64,000 nt of DNA from an uncultured Candidatus Saccharibacteria bacterium (lineage in GTDB: Bacteria > Patescibacteriota > Dojkabacteria > SC72). Under the pieces are notes generated by a model. That model was not told where the DNA came from and made no database searches. It was given only the letters and a program-made list of their open reading frames with translations. The first letter of the stretch is position 1, and each line of letters starts with the position of its first letter. The stretch is taken from positions 383,877 to 447,876 of the forward strand of contig CAZSUV010000001.1 in the NCBI GenBank assembly GCA_964610125.1, given 5' to 3'. Shown one piece after another: positions 1-10,203 of the stretch. The translations under genes and the position numbers were made by a program.

Positions 1-626
1 ATCATAGCGCTTATAACATCCATAAAGGAAAGTTTCTCGATATCTAATTTTCTTGGAAATTTCTCGGAATACAAATTTACAGCTATAACTTTTTGCGCTC
101 CCATCTGCCTTACGACATCTACGGGTACAGGGTTTGTATTTCCACCGTCAATTAGAACAGTATCCCTGTATTGTACAGGCTTTAGCAATAGTGGTATGGA
201 AATACTTGCCCTAATGGCTTCAAGCAAATTTCCCTCTTTTAAAATCACAGGTTGTGCGGTATTCAAATCTGTTGCTATTGCCGCAAAAGGAATTTTAGTG
301 TCTTGAATCAATGTAGTTTTGCCAATATATCCATCAAGTAAGTCTAGAACTCTTTCTCCTTTGAATACACTAGATTTTAATGAAGGGTCAAAAAAAGCAT
401 TAAACATATCCTTGTATCCCTTTGAATATGCAAGTTCTTCAATGATTTTTATATCTTTTGTAAGTGCATACATTCCGCCAACAACAGAACCGATACTTGT
501 ACCAGCAATATAGTCAATGGAGATATTGTTCTTTTCTAATTCTTTTATAACGCCAATATGAGCAATTCCCTTAGCAGCTCCTGCTCCTAAAGCTAAACCA
601 ATTTTCTTTTTAAAAAGGTGGAACAT
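1..626 (-). CDS. Patatin-like phospholipase (3'-truncated by window edge)
   Basis: Manual translation from ATG at 626: MFHLFKKKIGLALGAGAAKGIAHIGVIKEL...IAGTSIGS... with GxSxG nucleophile motif and later LIDGG motif; not in ORF track. Confidence 0.9.
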   Translation of the reverse strand, partial: MFHLFKKKIGLALGAGAAKGIAHIGVIKELEKNNISIDYIAGTSIGSVVGGMYALTKDIKIIEELAYSKGYKDMFNAFFDPSLKSSVFKGERVLDLLDGYIGKTTLIQDTKIPFAAIATDLNTAQPVILKEGNLLEAIRASISIPLLLKPVQYRDTVLIDGGNTNPVPVDVVRQMGAQKVIAVNLYSEKFPRKLDIEKLSFMDVISAM

Positions 627-629
627 ATT

Positions 630-2600
630 TTAATTATTAATATTAGATTGAATTTCTTTAATTTGGTCTCTTAATTCCGCTGCTTTTTCAAATTGCATAC
701 TGTCTGCAGCAAGTAACATCTTAGCTTCTAATTTCTTAATTAACAATCGTTTTTGTTTTTGGTCTAATTTCTCAACATATTCATCATCTACATTTATCTC
801 TTCTTCTTTCTCTACTAATGATCCTCTTATTTCTTTTACAATTGAAGTAGGGGTTATTCCATTTTCTTCATTATATTTCTTCTGATATTCTCTTCTTCTG
901 TTGGTCTCAGAAATAGCGTATTTCATACTATCTGTCATATTATCGGCGTACATTATAACTCGGCCTTGTACATGCCTTGCAGCTCTTCCAATGGTCTGTA
1001 CAAGACTTGTCTTAGACCTAAGGAACCCTTCTTTGTCTGCATCCAATATTATAACCAACGAGACCTCAGGTAAATCGATTCCCTCTCTTAAAAGATTTAT
1101 GCCTACTAATACATCATATTTTCCTAATCTTAACTCTCTTAGAATTTCAACTCTTTCAACAGTATCAATATCGGAATGTAAATATTGAACTTTAATCCCA
1201 GAATCCTTAAGGTAATCTGTTAGATCTTCAGCCATACGTTTAGTTAATGTTGTAACTAATACCCTTTGTCCATTAGCAACATTCTTGTTTATCTCTGTAA
1301 TTACATCATCAATCTGTCCCTCGGTCTTTCTAATTTCAATCTCTGGATCTACCAACCCAGTTGGCCTTGTAAGTAGCTCTACAACGCTCTTGTTGCTATC
1401 TTGTAATTCATATTCAGAAGGAGTTGCAGATATATATACTGTAGTGCCTTGTTTTTTTACAAACTCATTGAAATTGAGGGGTCGATTGTCTCTTGCACTT
1501 GGTAATCTAAATCCATATTCAATCAAGTTATCTTTTCTTGCTCTGTCCCCATTGTACATACCACCTACTTGAGGGATTGTAATGTGAGACTCATCAATGA
1601 ACATGAGGTAATCCTCTGGGAAGTAATCCAAAAGTGTGTAAGGTGGTTCACCAGTTTTTCTACCATCAAAATAGATTGAATAGTTTTCCATACTCTTACA
1701 ATATCCAACCTCTTGAAGCATTTCGATGTCATAGTTGGTTTTTTGTTCTAATCTGTAAGCCTCGACATCCTTTCCAATGTTTTTAAGGAAAGCTACACGT
1801 TGCATTAAATCTCTCTGAATGTTTCCAACTGCTGATTTGATTACGTCATCAGAATATACCAACGATGTAGCTGGGAAGATCAAGATTTCCTTCATCTCCT
1901 GTATTTTGTGCTTTGATATTGGATCTACCTTGAATATGTTTTCAATGGTATCGCCAAACATTTCAATTCTAATGGAATATTCCTCATATGGCGGGAATAT
2001 TTCTACAGTATCACCATTAATTCTAAATACTCCAGTATCAAAATCATATGTATCTCTAACATATCGCATCATTACTAATTCTTTAGCCAAAGCAGTTAGA
2101 TTAAAATCATGTCCTTTACGTAGTTCTAGTGATTTGTTTTCATAGTTCTCTGGATCTCCAATGTTGTAGATGCATGATACTGAAGCAACGACAATTGTAT
2201 CCTTTCTTGTTAGGGCTGAATTCATAGCCCCAAACCTTAGGTTCTCAATAGCTTTGTTTACCTGAGATTCCTTTTCAATGTAAAGATCTTTTGAAGGAAT
2301 ATATGCCTCTGGTTGATAGTAATCGTAGTATGAGACAAAATATTTAACAGAATTCTCTGGGAAGAATTCTTTAAATTCTTCATACAATTGCGCAGCTAAG
2401 GTTTTGTTGTGAGAAAGTATTAAAGTTGGTCTGTCTAATTTTTGTATGACATTAGCCATGACAAAAGTTTTTCCTGATCCAGTTACCCCGAGCAATGTTT
2501 GTTTCTGCTTACCATTCTCAATATTTTGTATTAGCTCATTTGTAGCCTTCTGTTGGTCAGGAGAAATGTCATATGGTGCTTGTAATCTGAATGAATCCAT
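630..2600 (-). CDS. uvrB: Excinuclease ABC subunit B
   Basis: GVTGSGKT Walker A, FVSYYDYYQPEAY beta-hairpin, DESH, C-terminal UVR motif FEKAAELRDQI. Confidence 0.98.
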   Translation of the reverse strand: MDSFRLQAPYDISPDQQKATNELIQNIENGKQKQTLLGVTGSGKTFVMANVIQKLDRPTLILSHNKTLAAQLYEEFKEFFPENSVKYFVSYYDYYQPEAYIPSKDLYIEKESQVNKAIENLRFGAMNSALTRKDTIVVASVSCIYNIGDPENYENKSLELRKGHDFNLTALAKELVMMRYVRDTYDFDTGVFRINGDTVEIFPPYEEYSIRIEMFGDTIENIFKVDPISKHKIQEMKEILIFPATSLVYSDDVIKSAVGNIQRDLMQRVAFLKNIGKDVEAYRLEQKTNYDIEMLQEVGYCKSMENYSIYFDGRKTGEPPYTLLDYFPEDYLMFIDESHITIPQVGGMYNGDRARKDNLIEYGFRLPSARDNRPLNFNEFVKKQGTTVYISATPSEYELQDSNKSVVELLTRPTGLVDPEIEIRKTEGQIDDVITEINKNVANGQRVLVTTLTKRMAEDLTDYLKDSGIKVQYLHSDIDTVERVEILRELRLGKYDVLVGINLLREGIDLPEVSLVIILDADKEGFLRSKTSLVQTIGRAARHVQGRVIMYADNMTDSMKYAISETNRRREYQKKYNEENGITPTSIVKEIRGSLVEKEEEINVDDEYVEKLDQKQKRLLIKKLEAKMLLAADSMQFEKAAELRDQIKEIQSNINN

Positions 2601-2644
2601 ATGACGATTTTAGCAGATATGGGTTTGTGTTAAAATACATACAT

Positions 2645-4513
2645 ATGGAAAGACCAAAATTAAACAGATTAACGGCAGAGGTAGTGAATCAGATTGCGGC
2701 AGGAGAGGTTATTGAGCGTCCTGCATCTGTAGTCAAAGAGTTGGTAGACAATGCAATTGATGCTAAGGCAGGTAAAATTACAATACGAATCAATGGCGGT
2801 GGTATGAAGATGATTGAGATTAGTGATGATGGTATTGGTATACCGAAAGAAAATCTAAATGATATTTTTGATGCACATACAACTTCAAAGTTGAGAAGTA
2901 TTGAAGATTTAAACACATTAATGAGCATGGGGTTTAGAGGGGAAGCACTTTCTACAATTACCTCAATTGCAAAGGTAACCGTAGTTTCAAAATTTGAAGA
3001 GGATCAGGTTGGGTACGAGATTGGATTTGATGAAAATGGGAAATCTGAAATTAAAAAGAGTGCAAGAGAAAAGGGGACTTCTGTAAAAGTTGAGGATCTT
3101 TTCTACAATATTCCAGCCAGAAGAAAATATCTTAAATCAGAGCAAACAGAATACAGAAAGATATATGAATTGTTAGCTAAATATTTCCTTGTCTATCCAA
3201 ATATTCACTTTGTATTGGAAAAAGATGGGAAGAAGGTATTGGATCTACCCGAAGTTAAAGATGCAAAACGGGGTACTGTGCAATTAGAAAGAGTTAAAGA
3301 TATATTTCCAGATGACACCGGGTTGGCAATTTTTTATGATGGTTCAGGCATATCCATGAATGGTTACGCGGCACATCCTTCTTTGCATGGCCCTAAGGTT
3401 ATGAAGCAGTATGTATTCATTAACGGTCGTCCAATTACTGAACGTGGGATTGTTAGAGCCGTGTATGAGGGGTATTCCAGATATCTGCCATTCGGTGAGA
3501 AGATCCCTTTTGTTTTAAATATTACAATTAGGCCCGATTTAGTTGATGTTAATGTGCATCCAAGAAAGGAAGAAGTTAGATTTGAGAATGCATTTAGAGT
3601 ATATTCTGCTGTTCAAGAAGCTGTACAACATACATTAGAGAAAGCATTGTCATACAATTCTAAAACTTCAGATGAGAATGGTGAGGGAAGCCAAGCATTT
3701 AGTATGTCAAATAGCAGTCAAAACAGTTTTGCTGATATGCGAAGCAGGTTCGCAAGTAAAGGAAATAGTACAGGGAGTAATAGGGAATATGCGGATGGCG
3801 GAAGTGGTGATATATCTTTCAACAACAAGGCCTCTTCTGTGAGAGATAGCCTACTCTTCTCAAAACAGGTAATGGAACAAAGTCCTATGAATTTTGATTT
3901 TAAGAATGAAGAAAATACCCATTTACCTAATGAAAATAGTACATTTACAAATATATTCCAAATATTTGATAAATATATAGTTATTGAGTTCCAAGACGAA
4001 CGTCTTTGGGTCATAGATCAACATGCCGCTGCAGAGCGTATCAATTTTGAAAGAATATCTAAAAATGAGAAAGAGAAGCAAAACATTCAAACACTCCTAG
4101 TTCCTCAACAACTTACATTTACACAAGAAGAAAAACTATTCTTAGAGGAATATATGCAGTTCTTTAAAGATTTAGGCTTTGATTATGAAATAACCGTCAA
4201 TGGGATTGATTTACATACTACTCCAGTTGAGTTTACATTTGATATTGAAAAGATGTTTAAAGAGATGTTTGAATTAGCAGATAACCCAGGTATACTTAAG
4301 CAGAACTTTGAAAAACTTAGACATGATATATTAGCAACAATTGCCTGCCATACTAGTGTAAGATCAGGAAAGAAATTAGAGCGAAGCGAGATGATAAATA
4401 TATTTAATGAGCTTTTGAAATGTCAGAATCCATATAGTTGTCCTCATGGAAGACCAGCAATTTGGAAATTGACACTAGATTTAATTGATAAAAACTTTGA
4501 AAGGACATATTAA
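2645..4513 (+). CDS. mutL: DNA mismatch repair endonuclease MutL
   Basis: NQIAAGEVIERPASVVKELVDNAIDA, GFRGEAL, DVNVHPRK, DQHAAAERI and CPHGRP motifs; start moved to ATG 2645 to avoid overlap with uvrB. Confidence 0.97.
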   Translation: MERPKLNRLTAEVVNQIAAGEVIERPASVVKELVDNAIDAKAGKITIRINGGGMKMIEISDDGIGIPKENLNDIFDAHTTSKLRSIEDLNTLMSMGFRGEALSTITSIAKVTVVSKFEEDQVGYEIGFDENGKSEIKKSAREKGTSVKVEDLFYNIPARRKYLKSEQTEYRKIYELLAKYFLVYPNIHFVLEKDGKKVLDLPEVKDAKRGTVQLERVKDIFPDDTGLAIFYDGSGISMNGYAAHPSLHGPKVMKQYVFINGRPITERGIVRAVYEGYSRYLPFGEKIPFVLNITIRPDLVDVNVHPRKEEVRFENAFRVYSAVQEAVQHTLEKALSYNSKTSDENGEGSQAFSMSNSSQNSFADMRSRFASKGNSTGSNREYADGGSGDISFNNKASSVRDSLLFSKQVMEQSPMNFDFKNEENTHLPNENSTFTNIFQIFDKYIVIEFQDERLWVIDQHAAAERINFERISKNEKEKQNIQTLLVPQQLTFTQEEKLFLEEYMQFFKDLGFDYEITVNGIDLHTTPVEFTFDIEKMFKEMFELADNPGILKQNFEKLRHDILATIACHTSVRSGKKLERSEMINIFNELLKCQNPYSCPHGRPAIWKLTLDLIDKNFERTY

Positions 4514-5223
4514 TGAAAACAGGAACACTCTATCTAATACCTACCCCCATTGATAATCGAGAGCTTAAGGACATTCTGCTTAAGGAAGATATCGAAAAAG
4601 TTGTTAAGCTCAAAAACTTTATTGTAGAAACGCCAAAGAATGCACGAAGAAATTTGGGTAGCTTAGAGATGGAAACGCCAATGCGAGAGATAAATATGAT
4701 GGAGCTTAGTGAGCATACAAAGAATAACGGATTAAGAGAATTACTAAAACCATTATACGAAGGACAAGATGTAGGACTTATGTCCGATGCAGGCTCCCCA
4801 AGTATTGCAGATCCAGGCTACAGACTTGTTATAGAAGCCCAAAATGCAGATATATTAGTTGTTCCATTTGTTGGGCCTTCTTCCATCATCCTTGCGTTAA
4901 TGGGCTCTGGATTAAATGGTCAAAGCTTTGCATTTAATGGATATATTCCTAAGGATGTTGAAGAATTAAGAAAAAGGATTAGACTTTTTGAAAGCTTAGC
5001 TTTGAAATTAGGTCAAACACAGATCTATATGGATACGCCATACAGAAATCAAAAACTGTATGATCATACCGTCTCGGTTTGTAATCCAAATACATACCTT
5101 TGTATTGCTTTAAATGTTGGTGGTGAGGATGGGTATATAAAAACTATGAGTATTGCCGATTGGAGAAAGAATGATATTCAACTTCCAAAACAGCCTTGTT
5201 TATTTTTGATCAATAGAATTTAA
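4513..5223 (+). CDS. SAM-dependent methyltransferase, tetrapyrrole methylase/RsmI-like family
   Basis: GTLYLIPTPI, MSDAGSPSIADPG, VGPSSIILALMGSG, FNGYIP motifs. Confidence 0.85.
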   Translation: MKTGTLYLIPTPIDNRELKDILLKEDIEKVVKLKNFIVETPKNARRNLGSLEMETPMREINMMELSEHTKNNGLRELLKPLYEGQDVGLMSDAGSPSIADPGYRLVIEAQNADILVVPFVGPSSIILALMGSGLNGQSFAFNGYIPKDVEELRKRIRLFESLALKLGQTQIYMDTPYRNQKLYDHTVSVCNPNTYLCIALNVGGEDGYIKTMSIADWRKNDIQLPKQPCLFLINRI

Positions 5224-6470
5224 TGTCAATACTAATTGGTTCTATTCCTACAACTCAGTCAGATGACTTAGAATTAGCAAAACGGATATTGAGAGGGCAA
5301 GAGAATATTGTAGATAGTACCGTTAATTTACAAAAACAATTAGAAGACATTTTCCAAAATAAAGAGGTGTATCTTTTTAATCGGGGTAGAGAAGCTCTGT
5401 ATTTCGCATTAAAGACTTTGGGAATTGCAGAGGGTGACGAAGTTATGATTCAAGCAATGACCTGTATTGCTGTGATATCTCCAATTCTTAGTTTAAAAGC
5501 TAAACCTGTGTATGTTGATATTAATCAAAGTGATTTCAATATTGATATTGCGGACTTAGAGAAGAAAATTACATCAAAGACCAAAGCTATTATTGTTCAA
5601 CATACATTTGGAAATATTGCGGATGTAAGAAAAATATCTGAACTAGCCAAAGCGCATAATATATATATAATTGAGGATTGCGCTCACCTTTTTTATACCG
5701 ATTACAGTAAGACAAATATAAATAAGTACAGCGATGTATCTTTCTTCAGCTTTGCTCAAGACAAGAGCATTAGCGCGGTACAGGGAGGTTTAGTAGTTAT
5801 TAATAATCTTCAATTAAAATCAAAAGCGATGGATATGTATCTAAATGTTGAGGATCAGGATAAATCGCAAGAAATGTATAACGCCAGATATATACAGTTA
5901 TGGAGCATTATAAAAAAATATTACTTTACTCCAATTCTTCCATTTCAATCACGAATTACATTAGGCAAAACATTGATAATGGTATTTAGATGGCTTGGGT
6001 CAATAAAGCAGCAAGCTACAAGCTCAGTAGATTCAATACTCCGTATGAATAGAATCAGTGAAGTGCAAAGTGCACTTTTGCTAAATCAACTCAATAAGTG
6101 TGATGATATGAATAAACGAAGAGAAGAGATTACAGAAATATATAATGAGAAATTGAAGCCAGAATTTAAGAATGACGGAATTACTAAGTGTTTACTTCGA
6201 TACCCGGTATTACTTTCCAATCCTGGTTCGGTTATGCAACAACTTAAAGCGCATAAATACATATGTGGGAGATGGTACAATTCTATTGTGTTCCCTATAC
6301 ATAAAAATTTAAATACGGTAGGGTATATAAATGGGAGTTGTCCAAAGGCAGAAGCTTTAACCACGGGGATATTGAATCTCCCTACAAATATCGATTTAAC
6401 AAATGAGGAAGCTATTGAGATTGCAAATATCGTAAATGAAAACGCTAAGCCTTTTAAATTTAGTAGTTAG
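5223..6470 (+). CDS. DegT/DnrJ/EryC1/StrS family PLP-dependent aminotransferase
   Basis: KTKAIIVQHTFG, IIEDCAH, FFSFAQDK (PLP lysine), CPKAE..ILNLP. Confidence 0.9.
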   Translation: MSILIGSIPTTQSDDLELAKRILRGQENIVDSTVNLQKQLEDIFQNKEVYLFNRGREALYFALKTLGIAEGDEVMIQAMTCIAVISPILSLKAKPVYVDINQSDFNIDIADLEKKITSKTKAIIVQHTFGNIADVRKISELAKAHNIYIIEDCAHLFYTDYSKTNINKYSDVSFFSFAQDKSISAVQGGLVVINNLQLKSKAMDMYLNVEDQDKSQEMYNARYIQLWSIIKKYYFTPILPFQSRITLGKTLIMVFRWLGSIKQQATSSVDSILRMNRISEVQSALLLNQLNKCDDMNKRREEITEIYNEKLKPEFKNDGITKCLLRYPVLLSNPGSVMQQLKAHKYICGRWYNSIVFPIHKNLNTVGYINGSCPKAEALTTGILNLPTNIDLTNEEAIEIANIVNENAKPFKFSS

Positions 6471-6474
6471 CCAA

Positions 6475-7536
6475 ATGTCACAACTAGAATTTAGAGAAGT
6501 AACAAATGAACAAGAATGGAATGATTTGGTTTTGACACTACCTAATTATTCATTTTTAAACAGTAGCGCTAGATACCAATATTTGAAAGAAATTGGAGGA
6601 CATACATTTAGATATTTAGTTTTTAAAGCAAATGAATTTAAGGGTATAGTAGCAGGTAATATCGGTCATTCTAAAATATTTGGCAAGTTTTTAGAGTGTA
6701 AACATACCCCATTGCTTAAAGATGCAAATAAGGCGGGTTGGAGCGAAATATTGGCCTTCTGTAAGGGCCTAGGACGCACGAATGGATGCTTCATGGTACG
6801 TACATCCCCACTAATTGAGAGTGATTCTAATCTTGAAGAAGCATATTCTGAAAATTCCGTAGTTGAAGCTCCAATTCAAAATATTGATGCTTTAATATCT
6901 CAATATTTTGATCTTAGTAAATCTGAGGAAGATTTAAGACATGATATGACTGATTCAACAAGGAATAATATTAACAAGCTTTCAAAGAATCCTGATATTT
7001 CTATTAGGGTGTTTGATGATAATTCACAGTTTGAGCTATTTAAAAATTTCCATGAACAGACAAAGAAGAACAAAGGGTATACAGATAGACCTGCCGAGCT
7101 ATTATTAAAAGAGCTACAAATTCAAGTTGATAACCATATGTGCTATATGATTGTTGGATATTTCCAAGATAGGCCAATTAGTATTTGGCAATGTACAGTG
7201 TTTGGAAAGTATATGCATATATATCAGGCGGGAAGTGATACAGAATTTAGAGAAAAGAATATTCGTGTTACATACTTGCTATTCTGGGAATCAGTTAAAC
7301 TTGCAAAACAGTTAGGGCTACAAGTACTTGATCTCTTTGGAGGTATGACTCCACCAAACTATATTGGTAATAAACATCCTTGGTCAGGTGTAAATTCATT
7401 TAAAGAAAGTCTTGGAGGAAAGAAAATGGTATATATGCATAGTAGAGATTTTGCAATTAACAGACCTATGTATTTCCTTTACTACATATATTCATATATT
7501 AGAACAACACTAAAAGGATATACCATTAAGTGGTAG
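6475..7536 (+). CDS. FemAB/FemX-family peptidoglycan bridge aminoacyltransferase (GNAT fold)
   Basis: DLSKSEEDL..M..STRNNINK, YLLFWESVKLAK, DLFGG, GVNSFKESLGG; start taken at ATG 6475. Confidence 0.8.
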   Translation: MSQLEFREVTNEQEWNDLVLTLPNYSFLNSSARYQYLKEIGGHTFRYLVFKANEFKGIVAGNIGHSKIFGKFLECKHTPLLKDANKAGWSEILAFCKGLGRTNGCFMVRTSPLIESDSNLEEAYSENSVVEAPIQNIDALISQYFDLSKSEEDLRHDMTDSTRNNINKLSKNPDISIRVFDDNSQFELFKNFHEQTKKNKGYTDRPAELLLKELQIQVDNHMCYMIVGYFQDRPISIWQCTVFGKYMHIYQAGSDTEFREKNIRVTYLLFWESVKLAKQLGLQVLDLFGGMTPPNYIGNKHPWSGVNSFKESLGGKKMVYMHSRDFAINRPMYFLYYIYSYIRTTLKGYTIKW

Positions 7537-7538
7537 TT

Positions 7539-9269
7539 TTACCAACTGCCACCACCTCCGCCACCAAAACCACCACCTGAGCTTCCACCGCTAAATCCAC
7601 TTCCCCCAGAGCCGCCATGGGAGGATGCAAAGCCATGCGTGCTATTACTTGGGGTAGAATGGGAAATGACTTGCTTGTTTACATGGTTTAAGGAAGAGAT
7701 TAAGTAGTAGGTATGAAAAAGTCCAGTTCCTCTATTACTACTTTCATACCACTCAGGTTGTTCAATATATATATCCTCAAATTCTTTCGCCCATCGTTTT
7801 TCTAATCCGAAAATCATGGCGTATGGAAGAAGTTGCTCGAATACACCAAGATACTTCTTAGGATTATCATGAAATTCAATTCTGTGCTTTTCTGCGGTGT
7901 TAATGTACATTTTTAGCCCTAATAGTTGATAGAAATTTTCGTTCCCTGTGACATCTCGTTTGTCTATTTTAATAGATAAAAATACAAAGATTATAAACGA
8001 CACAACTAATCCCCAAAACCAACTCATAGCAGCATTTGTGGATAATATCCCAATTAAGCAAACACTAATAACTATACCCGCAATACTTAACGCGCTTATC
8101 CTATTAGCTAGATTTTGTTTTGATCTGGAGAAGTAACCTTCTTCATATAGGCGCTTTTCTGTTGTAAATTTTAACTTAGAAACTGTCGCATAGAATTTTG
8201 TGCTTAAATTATTCAGATTAATAGTATCTTTCTCCTGGAATAGGCCATCATAGAGTATTTTTTCCTCTGGGTCTGTCGGAGCCTCTTTAGAAGATTTAAC
8301 AAATTCATAGTCTGTTTTTGAAATTTGTTTAATCTTAAGATATCCATTTATAGCTAAATCAATGATTTGAGCAGTTATAACATTATTAGGAAGATACTTA
8401 CTATAAATAAATCCACTTCTAAGAGGGTTCCATCCCTTAGGTACATTATAACTTGGAATAATAGTAATCTTTTTATTTTTCTTTATTCTTGAGGAAATAA
8501 TAATAACTGCAATAATTGCGAAAACTGGCAGAAACAAACCGCTGTTTGCAACTGCAGATTGGAGTCTCTGTTGACTTTCGGTATTTGCAATTGTGTCCTT
8601 GGGCATTGCAACTACAATAGTTAATCCTTCATACACACGAAGATTATTTGTTTCTATTGTTAGTGTATTTTCTCCAGATTCTGTAATTGTGCAATTTGAA
8701 TCTTTTGAGTTAGTTACTCCCGTATAGCAAACCGCATTAATTATTTTGCCAGGGACAGTAATATTAGCTACTACTGAATTGATAGGCACATCCCAACCAG
8801 TTCCTGTAATATTAAGATACAACTCATCATGATCATCAAAATAATTATTCGCATACGTTAATTTATAATCTAAAATATACGTGTAATCACCAATTACTGT
8901 TGTGTCATCACTCCCAATTTTAAATATTACATAACCATTTTGATATTCTCTTCCGTAAGTATTGTACCTATCATTAGAAAATCCTTTTTGAAAATATTCA
9001 AGATTGTTTAGTTTAAGGAGAGTAGGGCGTGTAAATGATCCAGAAGTTTTATAATTAATCGGAATCTCTCGATATATTCCATGTCTAGCAAATGTAAAGT
9101 GATAGTCGATTGATTCATTGATTGATATAGAAGCATCTTTGTTGAGGGTTACATCACTATTAAATACATTAATATAGTCAGTGTAACTGTAATCCTGAGC
9201 AAAAGCCCTGGAAGGTAATACTAAAATTACTCCCAATACTAATGAAAGCGCAAGTAATAGCTTCTTCAT
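7539..9269 (-). CDS. DUF2207 family predicted membrane protein
   Basis: Signal peptide, HGIYREIP, ELYLNITGTGWDVPI, LLPYAMIFG, Gly/Ser-rich C-terminus ending GGGGGGSW; adjacent to lemA as is typical. Confidence 0.9.
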   Translation of the reverse strand: MKKLLLALSLVLGVILVLPSRAFAQDYSYTDYINVFNSDVTLNKDASISINESIDYHFTFARHGIYREIPINYKTSGSFTRPTLLKLNNLEYFQKGFSNDRYNTYGREYQNGYVIFKIGSDDTTVIGDYTYILDYKLTYANNYFDDHDELYLNITGTGWDVPINSVVANITVPGKIINAVCYTGVTNSKDSNCTITESGENTLTIETNNLRVYEGLTIVVAMPKDTIANTESQQRLQSAVANSGLFLPVFAIIAVIIISSRIKKNKKITIIPSYNVPKGWNPLRSGFIYSKYLPNNVITAQIIDLAINGYLKIKQISKTDYEFVKSSKEAPTDPEEKILYDGLFQEKDTINLNNLSTKFYATVSKLKFTTEKRLYEEGYFSRSKQNLANRISALSIAGIVISVCLIGILSTNAAMSWFWGLVVSFIIFVFLSIKIDKRDVTGNENFYQLLGLKMYINTAEKHRIEFHDNPKKYLGVFEQLLPYAMIFGLEKRWAKEFEDIYIEQPEWYESSNRGTGLFHTYYLISSLNHVNKQVISHSTPSNSTHGFASSHGGSGGSGFSGGSSGGGFGGGGGGSW

Positions 9270-9276
9270 ACTCCTA

Positions 9277-9828
9277 TTAGAATTTTATCTCAACATTTTT
9301 TTGCTCTTCCTCTGATGCTTCAAAGAAAGGCTCTGCTTTGAATCCAAACATACCCGCAAGGATGTTATTTGGGAATACAACAATCATTGTATTAAAGTCT
9401 CTAACAGTACCATTGTAGAATCTTCTGGACTTCTGAATGTTATCTTCTAAATCCTTAAGACTTGTTTGTAAATCTAAAAAGTTTGTATTTGCTTTTAATT
9501 CTGGATAGTTTTCAGCTAATGCAAATATCTTTGAAAGACCTTTTGAAAGTTGATCCTCAAGCTTTGCTTTTTCATCAAATGAACCAGCCGACATTGCTTT
9601 GTTTCTTAACTCAGTTACAGCTTCAAAGGTTCCCTTCTCATGCTGTGCATAGCCTTTAACAATTGATACAAGATTTGGAATCATATCGTATCTCTGCTTT
9701 AGCATTGTTTCAATGTCTGCAGATGCTTCATTTATGACAACCTTCTGGCTTGCAAGTTTGTTATAAAGAGAAACGAGAACTATTGCTAATAGCAATACGA
9801 TTCCCAGTGTTATGTATAGTGCTGTCAT
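9277..9828 (-). CDS. lemA: LemA family protein
   Basis: N-terminal TM, QRYDMIPNLV, AENYPELKAN, SRRFYNGTV, FPNNILA. Confidence 0.95.
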   Translation of the reverse strand: MTALYITLGIVLLLAIVLVSLYNKLASQKVVINEASADIETMLKQRYDMIPNLVSIVKGYAQHEKGTFEAVTELRNKAMSAGSFDEKAKLEDQLSKGLSKIFALAENYPELKANTNFLDLQTSLKDLEDNIQKSRRFYNGTVRDFNTMIVVFPNNILAGMFGFKAEPFFEASEEEQKNVEIKF

Positions 9829-9891
9829 GTAAATATTTCTTTAAGTTAGATATACATTCATTTTAGATTCTTTCGATATGGAATGCAATAT

Positions 9892-9919
9892 AAAAAGAAA
9901 CCCCTCCAAGTGAGGGGTT
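9892..9919 (-). terminator. Intrinsic terminator after the Lys-rich protein gene
   Basis: Minus strand AACCCCTC-ACTTG-GAGGGGTT followed by TCTTTTT. Confidence 0.75.
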
Positions 9920-9943
9920 GTACATGCATGTATTGGTTTTAAA

Positions 9944-10138
9944 CTATTTCTCCTTAGCTACTTTTTTTGTAGCCTTCTTCTTAACAACCTTTTTGACAGT
10001 TGTTTTCTTTACAGCCTTTTTAGCAACTTTCTTTTTTGCTACCTTTTTTACAGCTTTCTTGACAACCTTCTTCTTCATTGTCTTCTTTGCTGCTGGCTTT
10101 TTAACAACTTTTTTCTTTGTTGTTTTAGCTTTGGGCAT
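9944..10138 (-). CDS. Small Lys/Ala/Val-rich histone H1-like basic protein
   Basis: 64 aa of KK(V/A/T)(V/A/T)KK repeats, own terminator, fills an intergenic gap. Confidence 0.7.
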   Translation of the reverse strand: MPKAKTTKKKVVKKPAAKKTMKKKVVKKAVKKVAKKKVAKKAVKKTTVKKVVKKKATKKVAKEK

Positions 10139-10203
10139 TTTTGTAAAGGTAATAGATTAAATACTATTAATTTAACACTTGGGTAATGTTTGTCAATATA
10201 CTA

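Noticed and set aside
7539-7625. GC-rich CCA/CCG repeat tract
   Set aside because: Encodes the normal Gly/Ser tail of DUF2207 proteins
9918-10160. Plus-strand 80-aa Phe-rich ORF that looks like a membrane protein
   Set aside because: It is the antisense shadow of the Lys-rich gene (AAA/AAG codons read as TTT/CTT), and the terminator is oriented for the minus strand
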